A stretch of DNA of 62,960 nucleotides, counting the filler, from Octopus bimaculoides (taxonomy: Eukaryota): the NCBI RefSeq assembly GCF_001194135.2. It is 4 parts of 3 records of this genome, joined end to end, with 100 filler letters (N's around TTAATTAATTAA, not from the genome) between each part and the next. Parts side by side here need not be neighbours in the genome. Positions count along the whole stretch, not along the records: positions 21,190 to 43,295 come from NC_068981.1; positions 43,396 to 62,960 come from NC_068997.1; 2 more parts are not named here. One strand, written 5' to 3'. This document shows positions 36,336 to 49,988 of this stretch, one piece after another. The notes under the pieces were generated by a model. That model had not been told where the DNA came from, did no database searches, and was given only the letters and a program-made list of their open reading frames with translations. Within the stretch, counting starts at the first letter, position 1. Every line of letters starts with the position of its first letter. The translations under genes were made by a program, and so were the position numbers.

Positions 36336-37239
36336 TGATTAGCAAGAAAGCTCCACTTTGCTACTCCCTCCTCCCTATCTTCATCATCTTCATCATCAGT
36401 TATCAGCCCCACAGTTACCTACACCACCATTATTATTTGTATCCTCATCATCCTCATCATTATTTAATTCTCATCATCACCAGTCTGCTGTCTACTTTCC
36501 CCGTGTTTCTAATCAAAAAGAAAGAGAAAATATAATAAAATTAAATGAGAAAGAATACAAAATAATAAATCAACATCATCAAAAAAAAAGCTCCTATAAA
36601 TTTATAAGGCTCCAAGAAAGAAAAAGAAACTTAAGTGATATAGGAAAGTATTCTGTGACCTTGTCTTCCATTTTTATTGCTCAGTTCTTGGATTGTATCC
36701 AAAAATAGAGGGTGTATTGTATTGAGTGTAATACTAATTTTTTTTCTTCCTTTTTTTTTCCTCTTTGGCAAACTTCCATAGCGTTATATAACATTCTCTT
36801 TTCAAGCCAATAATGGAGCCTCCATGCAGTCATTTAACTTGTTAGAAATAGCAGCCAAATATCCCTCAAATCGTACATGCACTACTGCCATAGGGAATAA
36901 GAAATGTTTAACAATGAATGTAGTTCTTGATACACTGTGCCTTTTTTTATTCTTTTTTTTACCTTCTTTTATCTTAGTCAGAGGAGAGGTCAGTACCCCT
37001 GATGTTTTTTCAGGGCTTCTGAAATTGGTAGAAGAAAGGAAGGAAAGAAAGCTGACTCTTTTGCAGGGCTTCCAAAATTGGCTGGGAAAGGAAGTTAAGG
37101 GAGGAAGACTGACCAGAGTGTCTGCAACGGAGTGGACTTAACACAAAACACTGAGGGCCAGATGGCATTGATAAAACAGAAATCAAATAAAGTCCTGATC
37201 ATAGGTCTACTCAATGAAAGCAGACATACTTTCTACCTA

Positions 37240-37621
37240 TTGCTTGTTTCAGTCATTAGACTGCAGCCATACTGGGGCACTGCCTTGAAGGGTTTTAGTT
37301 GAACAAATTGACACTTATGACTTTTTTTTTAAAGCCTAGTACTTATCCTATCAGTTTCTTTTGTTGAACTGCTATGTTACGGGGACATAAATGCACTAAC
37401 ACCAATTGTCAAGTGGTGATGGGTGGGGAGACAAACAGATACAAAGACACACACACAGATACATACATATATATATATGGTTTCAGGATCAGTTCCACTG
37501 TGTGGCACCTTGGGCAAGTATCATCTGCTATAGCCTCGGGTCGACCAAAGCCTTGCGAATGAATTTGGTAGATGGAAGTTACCATCATGTGTGTACATGT
37601 GTGTGTAAGTGTTTGTGCTTC

Positions 37622-37659
<38 letters not shown>

Positions 37660-37925
37660 CATTAGGAAGGGCATCCAACTGTAGAAACTCTGCCAAATCA
37701 GATTGGAGCCTGGTGAAGTCATCTGGTTTCACCAGTCCTCAGTCAAATCATCCAATCCATGCTAGCATGGAAAGCGGACGTTAAACGATGATGATGATGA
37801 TATACACATATATGACAGGCTTCTTTCAGTTTCTGTCTACCAAATCCACTCAAGGCTTTGGTCGGCATGAGGTGATAGTTGTAAACACTTGCCTAAGGTG
37901 ACCTGCAGTGGGACTGGACCCAGAA
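37240..37925. mobile_element. Cluster of family A pieces (both strands) and a family D tail (37655-37800, +)
   Basis: Homology to the families above, separated by (TA)n and (GAT)n tracts. Confidence 0.72.
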
Positions 37926-38114
37926 CCAGGTTAAATAACTACTACAACAACAACAATAACAAGATTATTTTTTTACCCCTAGATCATTAAAACTACCATA
38001 TTGGATGACATATAAAACTCAAAAAAGATTAAAAAATAAAAAGTCACAGAAAAATCACCTCAACTCCCATACGTGAGATTGAGCTTTATTACATGCATTA
38101 ATAGACTAACATGT

Positions 38115-38500
38115 GGAGGCGCAATGGCCCAGTGGTTAGGGCAGCGGACTCGCGATTATAGGATCGCGGTTTCGATTCCCAGACAGGGCGTTGTGGGTGT
38201 TTATTGAGCGAAAACACCTAAAGCTCCACGAGGCTCCAGCAGGGGATGGTGGCGAACCCTGCTGTATACTTTCACCACAACTTTCTCTCACTCTTACTTC
38301 TTGTTTCTGTTGTGCCTGTAATTCAAAGGGTCAGCCTTGTCACACTGTGCCACGCTGAATATCCCCGAGAACTATGTTAAGGGTACATGTGTTTGTGGAG
38401 TGCTCAGCTACTTGCACGTTAATTTCACAAGCAGGCTGTTCTGTTGATCGGATCAACTGAAACCCTCGACGTCGTAAGCAACGGAGTGCCAACAACAACA
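38115..38500 (+). mobile_element. SINE family C
   Basis: Colinear with 35008-35390. Confidence 0.88.
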
Positions 38501-39316
38501 ACATAATAGACTAACAACTTTCCTCCTGAATATATGCTGTTGAAATTGAGGTGAATGTAATATACTCATGCATTTTTTATGCCATCAAATATATATATGT
38601 ATATATATACCAATGCTTCTAGTTCTCTGTTTTCAGAATATCTGTCTAATTTTTATACAACCAATGTTTTATTTTCACAGTGGGTTGAAGAGGTCAATTA
38701 TGAGAACAAAAAATCTGTTTACAATGTTGACTTGATCGTATTCAGTTTTTATATAACCCTGATAATTTTTCTTTTCATGATGTTATCAAGCATGGATAAT
38801 GTTTTTAATTTAATTTAATTGTATGTATACATGTATGTTAATGGACTGTAAGTGAAAACATTGCTCATCCCAAAAATCAGTGGCAATAAATATAGACAGC
38901 ACACACACACACACCATAATTCATTCAGCCTAACCCAAAACTGGCTGTAAGTTTCATCAAATGTGAAGCCATTTCATCTGATATATATATATATATATAC
39001 TGGAGTAAGCACATAAATGTGAAACAAGGTGGAAAAAAGAGTACTCAAATACCAGAGGTAGAGTAATATACTTTATTCTAACAAAACTGTCCACTGAACG
39101 GGTATGTGAAACTCTAAGTAACAATTTTTGTGATATTTCTGCTGCTTTTAATAAAGTTAGGAAGGGCATCCAGCTGTAGAAACTTTGCCAGATCAGATTG
39201 GAGCCAGGTGCAGCCTTCTGGCTCACCAGTCCTCGGTCAAACCATCCAACCCATGCCAACATGAAAAGTGGACATTAAATAATGATGATAGATAGATAGA
39301 TAGATAGATAGATATA

Positions 39317-39500
39317 CAAGGTCTGATTAATAAATATCCAGACTGTTGCCATAGTAATGAAGCTAAAGCATGTAGAGTGAAGTCATTTGGCGAAGATTGA
39401 CCTTGAACTCTGCTGTGCATGCACACTGAGTTTTAACATTCTAGCTCACTTCCGCTGTTTACAGCAGTGCTTGGAAGGAAGGTGTGTTGTGTGTTGTGGT
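39317..39500 (+). mobile_element. Probable mariner-type element terminal fragment
   Basis: TA|CAAGGTCTGATTAATAAATATCCAGACTG start resembles mariner TIRs. No matching second TIR or ORF seen. Confidence 0.4.
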
Positions 39501-39559
39501 TTAATACAGTTAAGTTGATTACAGACTAATATTTTCATGCATATATTTATGAGATACCA

Positions 39560-39790
39560 ATTTCTAGGCACAGATTTCCTGTCTCAAAGCTGAATTTCTA
39601 CTCCTGTAGTCTTTGCATAAGAAAAATGCATCCTGGGATATACCTTCATCTCATCCATTAGTATAAAATGGTAGCATTGCTCTGTTTGCATACATACCTT
39701 GTGATCTCAGAAAATATTTCTTCTGGAAAGAGCTGATGAATATATTCAACAGGTATTGCTTCTAAGCTCAAAGAGCCCACATTACTAATG
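39560..39790 (-). mobile_element. Possible piggyBac transposase N-terminal fragment
   Basis: Minus strand PVEYIHQLFPEEIFSEITRYV followed, with frameshifts, by DEMKVYPGCIFLM, resembling the PxxxFxxFFxxxIxxxTNxY..EMKxFxGxxxxM pattern. Confidence 0.4.
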
Positions 39791-40472
39791 TGCAGAGCCC
39801 ACATTACTAATGAAAGCATCAATACCATGATCAAATGCATGATCACTCTACTTCTGTCCTAAATTGATAAATCCCAGCATCATTTTGATCAGTAGTGTAT
39901 ACAGATGACAAATATTTTTTCTCAGTCCAGACTCTCTTTCTCTAATTACTATATTAGACTTCAAAAGTTAATATATATGTACATACATATATCATCACCA
40001 TAATTTGATGTCCAAATTCTATGCTGACCTGGATTAGATGGTTTGACAGAATCCTATCAACCAGAGGACTGCATTGAACTTTAATGTCTGCTTTGGCATG
40101 GTTTCTACAGCTGGATGCCCTTTCTAACACCAAGCACTTTACAGAGTGTACTGGATGTTCTTGTGGTACCAGCACTAGTGAGGTCACCAAGTAACTTACA
40201 AGACAAGACACCTTGACCAAGCAGTTATGTAGAGAAGTGGTGTTGAGAGGATGAATATGGTAGAGGTACAGGAACAGTGTCTTACTTCAGAGGAGAAACA
40301 AATGGTGGTGATGAGGTGTCAGGGCATACTCTCAAGGTGCAACAAAATGAATATAAGAAAGAATAGGGACAAAGAATCAGGAAGGGTTGTTGAATATATT
40401 TGCAAGAGGGTGACAGATGTCTAGAGATGAGCTTAGAAGTGAATGCAGCATATGGCGAATAAGAGTAACAGC

Positions 40473-40636
40473 GCAGGAGTGGCTGTGTGGTAAGTAGCTT
40501 GCTTACCAACCACATGGTTCCGGGTTCAGTCCCACTGCGTGGCATCTTGGGCGTCTTCTACTATAGCCTTGGGCCGACCAAAGCCTTGTGAGTGGATTTG
40601 GTAGACGGAAACTGAAAGAAACCCATCGTATATATG

Positions 40637-40667
<31 letters not shown>

Positions 40668-40875
40668 TTGTGTGTCTGTGTTTGTCCCCCTAGCATTGCT
40701 TGACAACCAATGCTGGTATGTTTATGTCCCCATCACTTAGCGGTTCAGCAAGGAGAGACCGATATAATAAGTACTAGGCTTACAAAGAATAAGTCCCGGG
40801 GTCGATTTGCTCAACTAAAGGTGGTGCTCCAGCATGGCTGCAGTCAAATGACTGAAACAAGTAAATGAGTAAAGA
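40473..40875 (+). mobile_element. SINE family A, near full length
   Basis: GCGCAGGAGTGGCTGTGTGGTAAGTAGCTTGCTTACCAACCACATGGTTCCGGGTTCAGTCCCACTGCGTGGC, internal (TA)/(TG), tail ending GTAAATGAGTAAAGAGT. Confidence 0.9.
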
Positions 40876-41569
40876 GTTAGATCAATGCTGAATATTTGTT
40901 TGGGTGAAGTGAAGGAAATAGAAATGGGTCAAGGAAGAGATGATCTGTGGTAACCCAAGAAGGGATTTAGCAGAGTGGAGAGTGGCAGTATAATAAAATA
41001 GTTGATGGATGAGAAATAAGGAGGTAATGTGAAGTATGGGGGAGAGGAACTCAGAACACAAAGACATGCGGCAATTACCATAAAGTATTTTGTCCTACCT
41101 TCTGGCCTAGTGGTTAGAGTGTTGCACTACAATCACAAGATCATAGTTTTGATTCCCAGACAGATCAGGTGGTGCATATGTTCTTGAGCAAAACACTCCA
41201 TCTCATGTTGCTTTACAGTTGCTTCAACATCTGATGTGTGGCACATTGTGCACCTGTAGAGGCAATGTTGATTTGATGGAAGAAGTGAGCTAATGTACAG
41301 CATAAACATTTGATCATTATCAACAAATCATCTGTGCAGGTTATTCAGCAAGGAACTACAGAATCATCATCTGTCATCAATGACAGGAGAGTCTCTGTGT
41401 GTGTGTGTGTGTGTGTGATGGTGTTCTTTTAATTTGTTGTTGCCTTTGTTACTAATACAACAAAGAAACATGACCTTCAGTCTTGTAATTATTTCTTTAT
41501 ATTAGAAAATTTAAGCTGAATATGCCATCAGACATGCCAAGTATCTGATATAAATTATATTACATACTC

Positions 41570-41948
41570 TTTACTCTCTTTTACTTGTTTCAGCCATTTG
41601 ACTGCGGCCATGCTGGAACACCGCCTTTAGTCAAGCAAATCGACCCCGGGACTTATTCTTTGTAAGCCTAGTACTTATTCTATCGGTCTCTTTTGCCGAA
41701 CCGCTAAGTGATGGGGACATAAACACACCAGCATCGGTTGTCAAGCAATGCTAAGGGGACAAACACAGACACACACACACACACACACACANNNNNNNNN
41801 NNNNNNNNNNNNNNNNNNNNNNNNNNNNNNNNNNNNNNNNNNNNNNNNNNNNNCTTATTCTATCGGTCACTTTTGCCGAACCGCTAAGTGATGGGGACAT
41901 AAACACACCAGCATCGGTTGTCAAGCAATGCTAAGGGGACAAACACAG

Positions 41949-42005
<57 letters not shown>

Positions 42006-42172
42006 CATATATACAACGGGCTTCTTTCAGTTTCCGTCTACCAAATCCACTCACAAGGCTTTGGTCGGCCTGAGGCTATAGTAGAAAACACTTGCCCAAG
42101 GTGCCACGCAGTGGGACTGAACCCGGAACCATATGGTTGGTAAGCAAGCTAATTACCACACAGCCACTCCTG
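41570..42172 (-). mobile_element. SINE family A with gap-associated duplicated segment
   Basis: Reverse complement of 40473-40875. Segment 41684-41791 is repeated at 41854-41970 across a 62-N gap. Confidence 0.88.
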
Positions 42173-42418
42173 CATATTTATTTGCATAACATTATGTGTA
42201 TAAGTGTGCTTATGCATGCAGACACACATACATACACCCATGCACAAACTCACTCACACATGCATTTACATACACATATATAATTGGCATGACAAAGACA
42301 TGGCAGTTGTTAATATATTTCAAAGTTGTTAATGTGATCAAATGTTTTGTGTTTCCAGATAACTATATGATAAGCAATAAGAAATCTCTGAGTGAGATGT
42401 AAGCAGTAGCAGCATGGA

Positions 42419-42707
42419 ATCATGAAGTATATTTTCCACCTAAATGTGGCAGACCCATAGGGAACGATGCTTCTGTTGTTTATAGCTCCTACCACATGCT
42501 GATGATGGATTACTACCCAGAAACCCCGGTCTGTGTGTATCACGTAAGGCTAGAGATGGGAACAATGATTTCCCTTCACAAATACTAATCAGACACAGAC
42601 AGTGTTTCATTAACCAGCTGGAGGAGATGTCTTCCTGGGGCTATAAATAACAGTAGCATCGTCCTATGTGGGTCCGCCACATTTAGGTGGAAAATATACT
42701 TCATGAT
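42419..42707. mobile_element. MITE/foldback element with about 70-bp TIRs
   Basis: ATCATGAAGTATATTTTCCACCTAAATGTGGC.. at the left is the reverse complement of ..GCCACATTTAGGTGGAAAATATACTTCATGAT at the right. No TSD identified. Confidence 0.8.
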
Positions 42708-43094
42708 ATAATATGATAAAGTGTTCATAAATTAGTCAGCCAGGAAATTAAGTATTTTTACTTAGGATCTAAATATAAAAATAATGATGATAATAGTTAT
42801 CTTAATATTAACACATTTCTAATTATACTTCCATTTTGAAATGAACTGACATTTAATTAAGTATCATTATTGGTACAGTTTTACATATTTCTGAGATATC
42901 AGCTACATAATGCACTGTAAAAAATAATTTAGTGGTGTTGATGGCATGTTTTACAAATTAACTTTATTTTTTACTTAGTTGTTAGGGATATGTATGCGTA
43001 TGTTTATATGTGTGTGTGATACCATTTTACCTCCCAAAACCTCACCCCATGCTAGCATGGATAAAACATGTATAAAGAAAATATTTACATGGGT

Positions 43095-43250
43095 GCAGGT
43101 ATAGTTGTATGGTAGAAAGTTTCCTTCCCAACCATATGGCTCCAGGTTCAATCCCACTGCATGGCACTTTAGGAAAGTGTCTTGTACTGTAGCCCCAGGT
43201 TGACCAAAGCCTTGTGAGTGGATATGATAAGCAAAGACTGAAAGAAGCCT

Positions 43251-43295
<45 letters not shown>

Positions 43296-43590
43296 NNNNN
43301 NNNNNNNNNNNNNNNNNNNNNNNNNNNNNNNNNNNNNNNTTAATTAATTAANNNNNNNNNNNNNNNNNNNNNNNNNNNNNNNNNNNNNNNNNNNNTATAT
43401 ATATATGTGTGTATATATATGTATATGTATGGATATGTATATATTTGTTTGTGTGTCTGCGTTTGTCCCCCCACCATCGCTTGACAACAGTGTTAACGTT
43501 CCCGTAACTTAGCGGTTTGGCAAAAGAGACCGATAGAATAAGGACTAGGCTTACAAAGAATAAGTCCTAGGGTGCTCCAGCATGGCCGCA
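43095..43590 (+). mobile_element. SINE family A, gap inside internal (TA)n
   Basis: Head 43095-43255, (TA)n plus gap, tail 43440-43590. Confidence 0.8.
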
Positions 43591-45027
43591 CTGGGAGTCT
43601 CATCATTCTACAAATGTATGATTTAATCCTTAAACCGTTTAGCATTTAAACCGGCCATATCTGACCAAAATATTTTACCCACTTTATGTTCAAACGGGTC
43701 AAATCTGGCCCCCTTACACCTACTTTACAATGTCATTCGAAAAATATTGAATCACATCATGAAAATCTTGAAGCTACAAGATAATTCATGTCTAATTCAA
43801 AACAACGTCAATAAATAAGCATTAAGAGGCGGTGAACTGGCAGAGACGTTAGCNNNNNNNNNNNNNNNNNNNNNNNNNNNNNNNNNNNNNNNNNNNNNNN
43901 NNNNNNNNNNNNNNNNNNNNNNNNNNNNNNNNNNNNNNNNNNNNNNNNNNNNNNNNNNNNNNNNNNNNNNNNNNNNNNNNNNNNNNNNNNNNNNNNNNNN
44001 NNNNNNNNNNNNNNNNNNNNNNNNNNNNNNNNNNNNNNNNNNNNNNNNNNNNNNNNNNNNNNNNNNNNNNNNNNNNNNNNNNNNNNNNNNNNNNNNNNNN
44101 NNNNNNNNNNNNNNNNNNNNNNNNNNNNNNNNNNNNNNNNNNNNNNNNNNNNNNNNNNNNNNNNNNNNNNNNNNNNNNNNNNNNNNNNNNNNNNNNNNNN
44201 NNNNNNNNNNNNNNNNNNNNTATATATATACATTCATATATATACATATAATCACAAATGCATATACATACATCAAACATTCAAACGCGCATCTGTCAAA
44301 TTGCCTATGACTCCATTCTTTGTAACAATTGTTGACAAAGTCTTGTGTTGAATATATAGCCGCATATATATTCTTTTATTGTCTTTTACGTTAATATATT
44401 CAATCAATGTGTATACACATTTTTCTTCTTAATACGCACGTGTTAATAAAAGTAACTGCCGCATGTAAATATGTATGTACGCATGTATGTATGTATGTAT
44501 GTATGTATGTATGTATGTATGTATGTATGTATGCACGTATGTATGTATGCATGTGTGTGCACATTCATTCCTCTCATAGTACATTTGACCCTAAGGATGC
44601 AACTTGCGTTGCTATAAAAATACGTTTTCTCAAGATATTCTAAGCATAACGTACTTTAAGACACCCACAAATATATTGTAATTATAAAATGTTTTAAGCA
44701 ATTAATTAGAGACACAAATAGAAGAATGATAAACGAGATAAAGCCACTTGACGCTTTTGGATATTTAAAAACCAATCCCAGGAATTGAAGGAAATTAAAG
44801 ACAATTTTTGGCATTTTTTCTCCCCTGTCTCGCTGTATCTATATAGAAACACACGTACACGCGTGCGTTTTCACGCGTAAGTTTACAAGCGAATACATAC
44901 ACATGTACACATACACGAATACACATACAAGCATATGCACACTCGCGCACGCATATTCGAACAACCATAGCGACATATATTTTATATATGTTAATATATG
45001 CTGGTTACACATGTGATTTACCGTCCT

Positions 45028-45092
<65 letters not shown>

Positions 45093-45981
45093 CATATATA
45101 TATAAATGTATTCATAGGTATACATATATATACATACATATATGTATACGCATCTATGTATACTGATAATTACTCTAGTTTCAATATAATTTAACATGCG
45201 GAGTATTTCTAGATTCTTTCACTACATAAGTGTCGCGTTTGAGTGCTTGTGTTTAGACTGTAAATATGTATGTGTAGGTGTATAAGTATACATACATACA
45301 TACGTACGTACATACATACATAAATCCAAACATACATACATGCATGCATGCATGCATACATACATTCGGCTTCTCAAAACCAGGAAGGAGAAAGTTGATT
45401 CGAAAACTAAGGTGAAGGGTCCGATACAGCTTGGCACCAGTGATAACACAACTGATTTCTGCAGCTGAGTGAACTGGAGCGTCGTCAAATTAAGTGTCTT
45501 GCTCAAGAACACAACCTAGAGCCCGCTCTGGGATTCGAACTTACCATCTCATGATTGTGAGTCCGACGCTCAAATCACTGAGCCATGCAGCTTCATGTCC
45601 ATGAACGTACTGTAGATAAAAACAAGGTGTTTACGTCTACCTTATTACAAACAATACTGGTTAAAGTCTGTAGATATATTCCGCTGTAAAGTGTTCTAAT
45701 ATATATCACGATATATGATAGTATATAATGCAACACATCACGCACACAGGTAAATTTTTAAGTCTATAATTTTTTTAATTTTCCAAATTTTCTACTATGC
45801 CGAGGACAGGATGTTTGTGACATATTATCTCATAACTGGCTTTGTCGAAATCCTGTTAAGAACCTAGACATATCGTACCTGTATTTGATTGGTTGAGAAA
45901 CTGCTTTAACATCTGATAATAATACTGACAAAATTCCATTATACATACATACATACATACATACATACATACAGACAGACA

Positions 45982-46053
<72 letters not shown>

Positions 46054-46140
46054 TAGATATATTAGAGATTATTATTTACTGCTATAACTATCAGGAAAAT
46101 ATTTACAGATCTGTAGATTGTTATTCTTATAAATACGTAA

Positions 46141-46215
<75 letters not shown>

Positions 46216-46849
46216 GTTCAGTCAATTCCAATTCACTATCGCTATGTCTACATAAATATAAAATAAAATTTATGAAAACGAATATACATCCGAAAGGTGA
46301 GAAAAGTTATCGTACATGAAGGTTTATGTGAATCTAGTGACAATATCATTTATATATATATTTTCTCTTTCTATATAAACGCAAATTTTCCATACTCATA
46401 CATGAGTTTTTCACCTCATGCCATCAACGAAGTATGAATGTGCTATAACGTAGTTCAATTTTGACTGTTCTAAGTTAGAACGTGTCATGAAACGCAAAAT
46501 ATGTTTTTCATAAATCTGCATTATATATAATTGATTTCTCAAAGAAACACTACGTTACAATGTTTTAGAAGAGAATAAATCCAGTATTTCAAAGAAAATA
46601 GTGAAGACCTGCGCTGGAAACCTGGTAATAGAATACGATAGAGTTTGTAAGCTCAAGTGTTTATCCGCATTTCGGATTAAGGTCTTTAAACTGGAATGAT
46701 CAAGTATTGGCTGTTGTCAATCTCTACGAAATAGAATAAAAAAAAAAAATAAATAACAGATTGTGTTTCAAAGTAGCTCAAAATGCTAATTCTGGAATTC
46801 TGCTTGTAAATGGCAGACACAAAATTAGTTTTAAGGTAATTGTTATTGA

Positions 46850-48110
46850 AAGGTGTTTTGGAGAAATTTGTATTGATTAAATTTAGGATATGTTTTTTTA
46901 AAATAATTTATTCATGTACGTAGAGCTTTGTGAGCAAGTGTGTATGTTTAGGCGTGTCCGTTTGTTAGGCAAGTACAGGTTGTGTTAGCAGTTCAGTCAT
47001 TTTTGTTGGTTTTATTGCATTTAATTTTTTGCTTTGACAATGTAAGGGTCAAAGGTACAAAGACCAATATTTAAAATCTTAACAATTGGGTCCGTCAGCT
47101 TTTTTTGTAATGGAATTTTTTCAGGGTTCACAAAACAATGTAAGCAGGTATGTTTTAGCTGGTCAGTTTCTTTACTTGCTATTTATCATATTTTCTATTT
47201 CTGTTTGGAAGGTGGTATTTTTTAGTCAGGCATGTTATGGTGTTGTTAGCATAGAAAATTGTTTCTCTTGTGCTTTGATGATCACAAAAAGATTTGGGGG
47301 TAGGTGTGGAGGTTGTTGGTCTGTATGTTTCTCTCTTGGTGTTCATTGTTCCATAAGCAATTTGGTTAGTATATGGAGATTTTAATCTCTGTGGTTTTTA
47401 TGGAGGCAGAGTCTATGGGCTGTGTGTTAATAAACATTTCTTCAATTCTCTTTTAAACGTGGGTACTTTATAGTGCCAATTTAGGTCTCTGGGTATATGC
47501 AAATGTGGGGCATTATGAAGCGGGTGTATATATATCCATGCACAAAAATGGGAATGAAAAACGATTTAAAAATCAAAAATTTAAAGAAGAAAAGAAAAAA
47601 AATTTAAAGATTATAGAAGCAAAGGCTCTTACAACTTACGTGCATACAAAAATATACTTTCATCTGTGTATACGTAGGGGGTGTGTAATTATATTAGAAA
47701 ATCTTTTGAGATGATTTTGGTTGCTGGTAGGGAAACTTTTAGATACGTTATTAAGTACTTGTTTAATGTAAAGATATGAAAGTTTATGGTATTAAGGAAA
47801 GGGAGGAGTTGGTGAGACAACATGTTTAGCCGTTAGGGAAAAAACTATCGGTTTGAGATGTTTTACTGTTTTTTAAAATGTTGTGCTTGCATGAGAAGAA
47901 TAGTTTAGTGTTGCGGTTCAGAATTTGCTTCATAAATGTTAAAATGTAAGATTTATTAGTACAGATTTGGCCAGGGTTGTTCTTATGGTCGTGCATGTGA
48001 GAGTATTCTTATGGTCATGCATGTGAGAGGAAAAAATAAGGACGGGTCATTCGGAGCTTTCTATTGTCAGTCGAGTTCCAGATCGTCGCTGTAGTTTCGG
48101 CCGAACAAAC
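46850..48110 (-). mobile_element. Degraded Penelope-like element (linker/GIY-YIG side)
   Basis: Minus strand KQILNRNTKLFFSCKHNILKNS resembles the PLE KIFNRNTVKLSYSCMxN motif. Later LPNKRTRL resembles the C-terminal LNKRxE motif. Strong strand asymmetry in base composition. Confidence 0.55.
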
Positions 48111-48164
48111 GAAAGAAGGGCACTCAACATATTTATTGAGTTACATGTATGAATCAATCAGTTT

Positions 48165-48293
48165 GATCCAAATTTCTTAGTACTTTAAATTTCAAGAGTG
48201 ATGCTAGTCTTCAGTCATTGGAATTAGAATCTAATTACAATGGCTGAATACTAGCCTCACGCTTGTAATTTAAAGTACCAAGGAATTTGAATC
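48165..48293. repeat. 129-bp near-perfect palindrome (64-bp arms, 1-nt loop)
   Basis: Arms align with 9 mismatches in 64 positions, centred on GGAATTAGA-A-TCTAATTAC. Confidence 0.92.
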
Positions 48294-48378
48294 AAGCTCT
48301 TTGATCCATATATGTGTATATATATGCATACATATATATGTATACGTGCACACACACACACACATGTATGTATTTATG

Positions 48379-48416
<38 letters not shown>

Positions 48417-48824
48417 CGTATACATATAGAATTTATCGACCTTAAATTGTTTCTTTCGAAGTAGACTTCTTTCAAATTTGTACTAAATACATGAAACAAA
48501 TCTAGTATTCTATATTCTTACAAGTATTTGACTTATCACTGAGATAGGTGTAGCCTATATGAAGTGACATACACACATACACGCATGCGCATAGATTTAT
48601 ACATTTATGTGTGCGTGTGCATTTGTTCATGTGTGTATGTGTGTATGCGCGTGCGCCTGAGTCTGTCTGTGTATTTATAGAAATATAAGCACGCGAACAT
48701 ACATACATATATATATATACACGCATACATACGTGCGTGGATCCATACTATCATAGAAGTAAAAACATACACACACATAAACACACCCATATATATTGAC
48801 ACACACATGCATACACGCCATAAC

Positions 48825-48875
<51 letters not shown>

Positions 48876-49061
48876 TAATCTTGACACGTATATACGTCAA
48901 CTGCTCGACTCGTTGCTGTCAATATTTTTCTTCCTACCAGTCTTGCACCGGATCTAGTTGTTAAGGAATATTAATTTTGTTGTAGTCCTCCTCATTATCA
49001 TTGTAACTGATGGTAATGTCAATGACAGTGGTGTCGTGTTCAACTTCGACTTAGTTTCTAT

Positions 49062-49325
<264 letters not shown>

Positions 49326-49945
49326 NNNNNNNNNNNNNNNNNNNNNNNNNNNNNNNNNNNNNNNNNNNNNNNNNNNNNNNNNNNNNNNNNNNNNNNNNNN
49401 NNNNNNNNNNNNNNNNNNNNNNNNNNNNNNNNNNNNNNNNNNNNNNNNNNNNNNNNNNNNNNNNNNNNNNNNNNNNNNNNNNNNNNNNNNNNNNNNNNNN
49501 NNNNNNNNNNNNNNNNNNNNNNNNNNNNNNNNNNNNNNNNNNNNNNNNNNNNNNNNNNNNNNNNNNNNNNNNNNNNNNNNNNNNNNNNNNNNNNNNNNNN
49601 NNNNNNNNNNNNNNNNNNNNNNNNNNNNNNNNNNNNNNNNNNNNNNNNNNNNNNNNNNNNNNNNNNNNNNNNNNNNNNNNNNNNNNNNNNNNNNNNNNNN
49701 NNNNNNNNNNNNNNNNNNNNNNNNNNNNNNNNNNNNNNNNNNNNNNNNNNNNNNNNNNNNNNNNNNNNNNNNNNNNNNNNNNNNNNNNNNNNNNNNNNNN
49801 NNNNNNNNNNNNNNNNNNNNNNNNNNNNNNNNNNNNNNNNNNNNNNNNNNNNNNNNNNNNNNNNNNNNNNNNNNNNNNNNNNNNNNNNNNNNNNNNNNNN
49901 NNNNNNNNNNNNNNNTATATATATACACGCATATATATACACACC

Positions 49946-49988
<43 letters not shown>

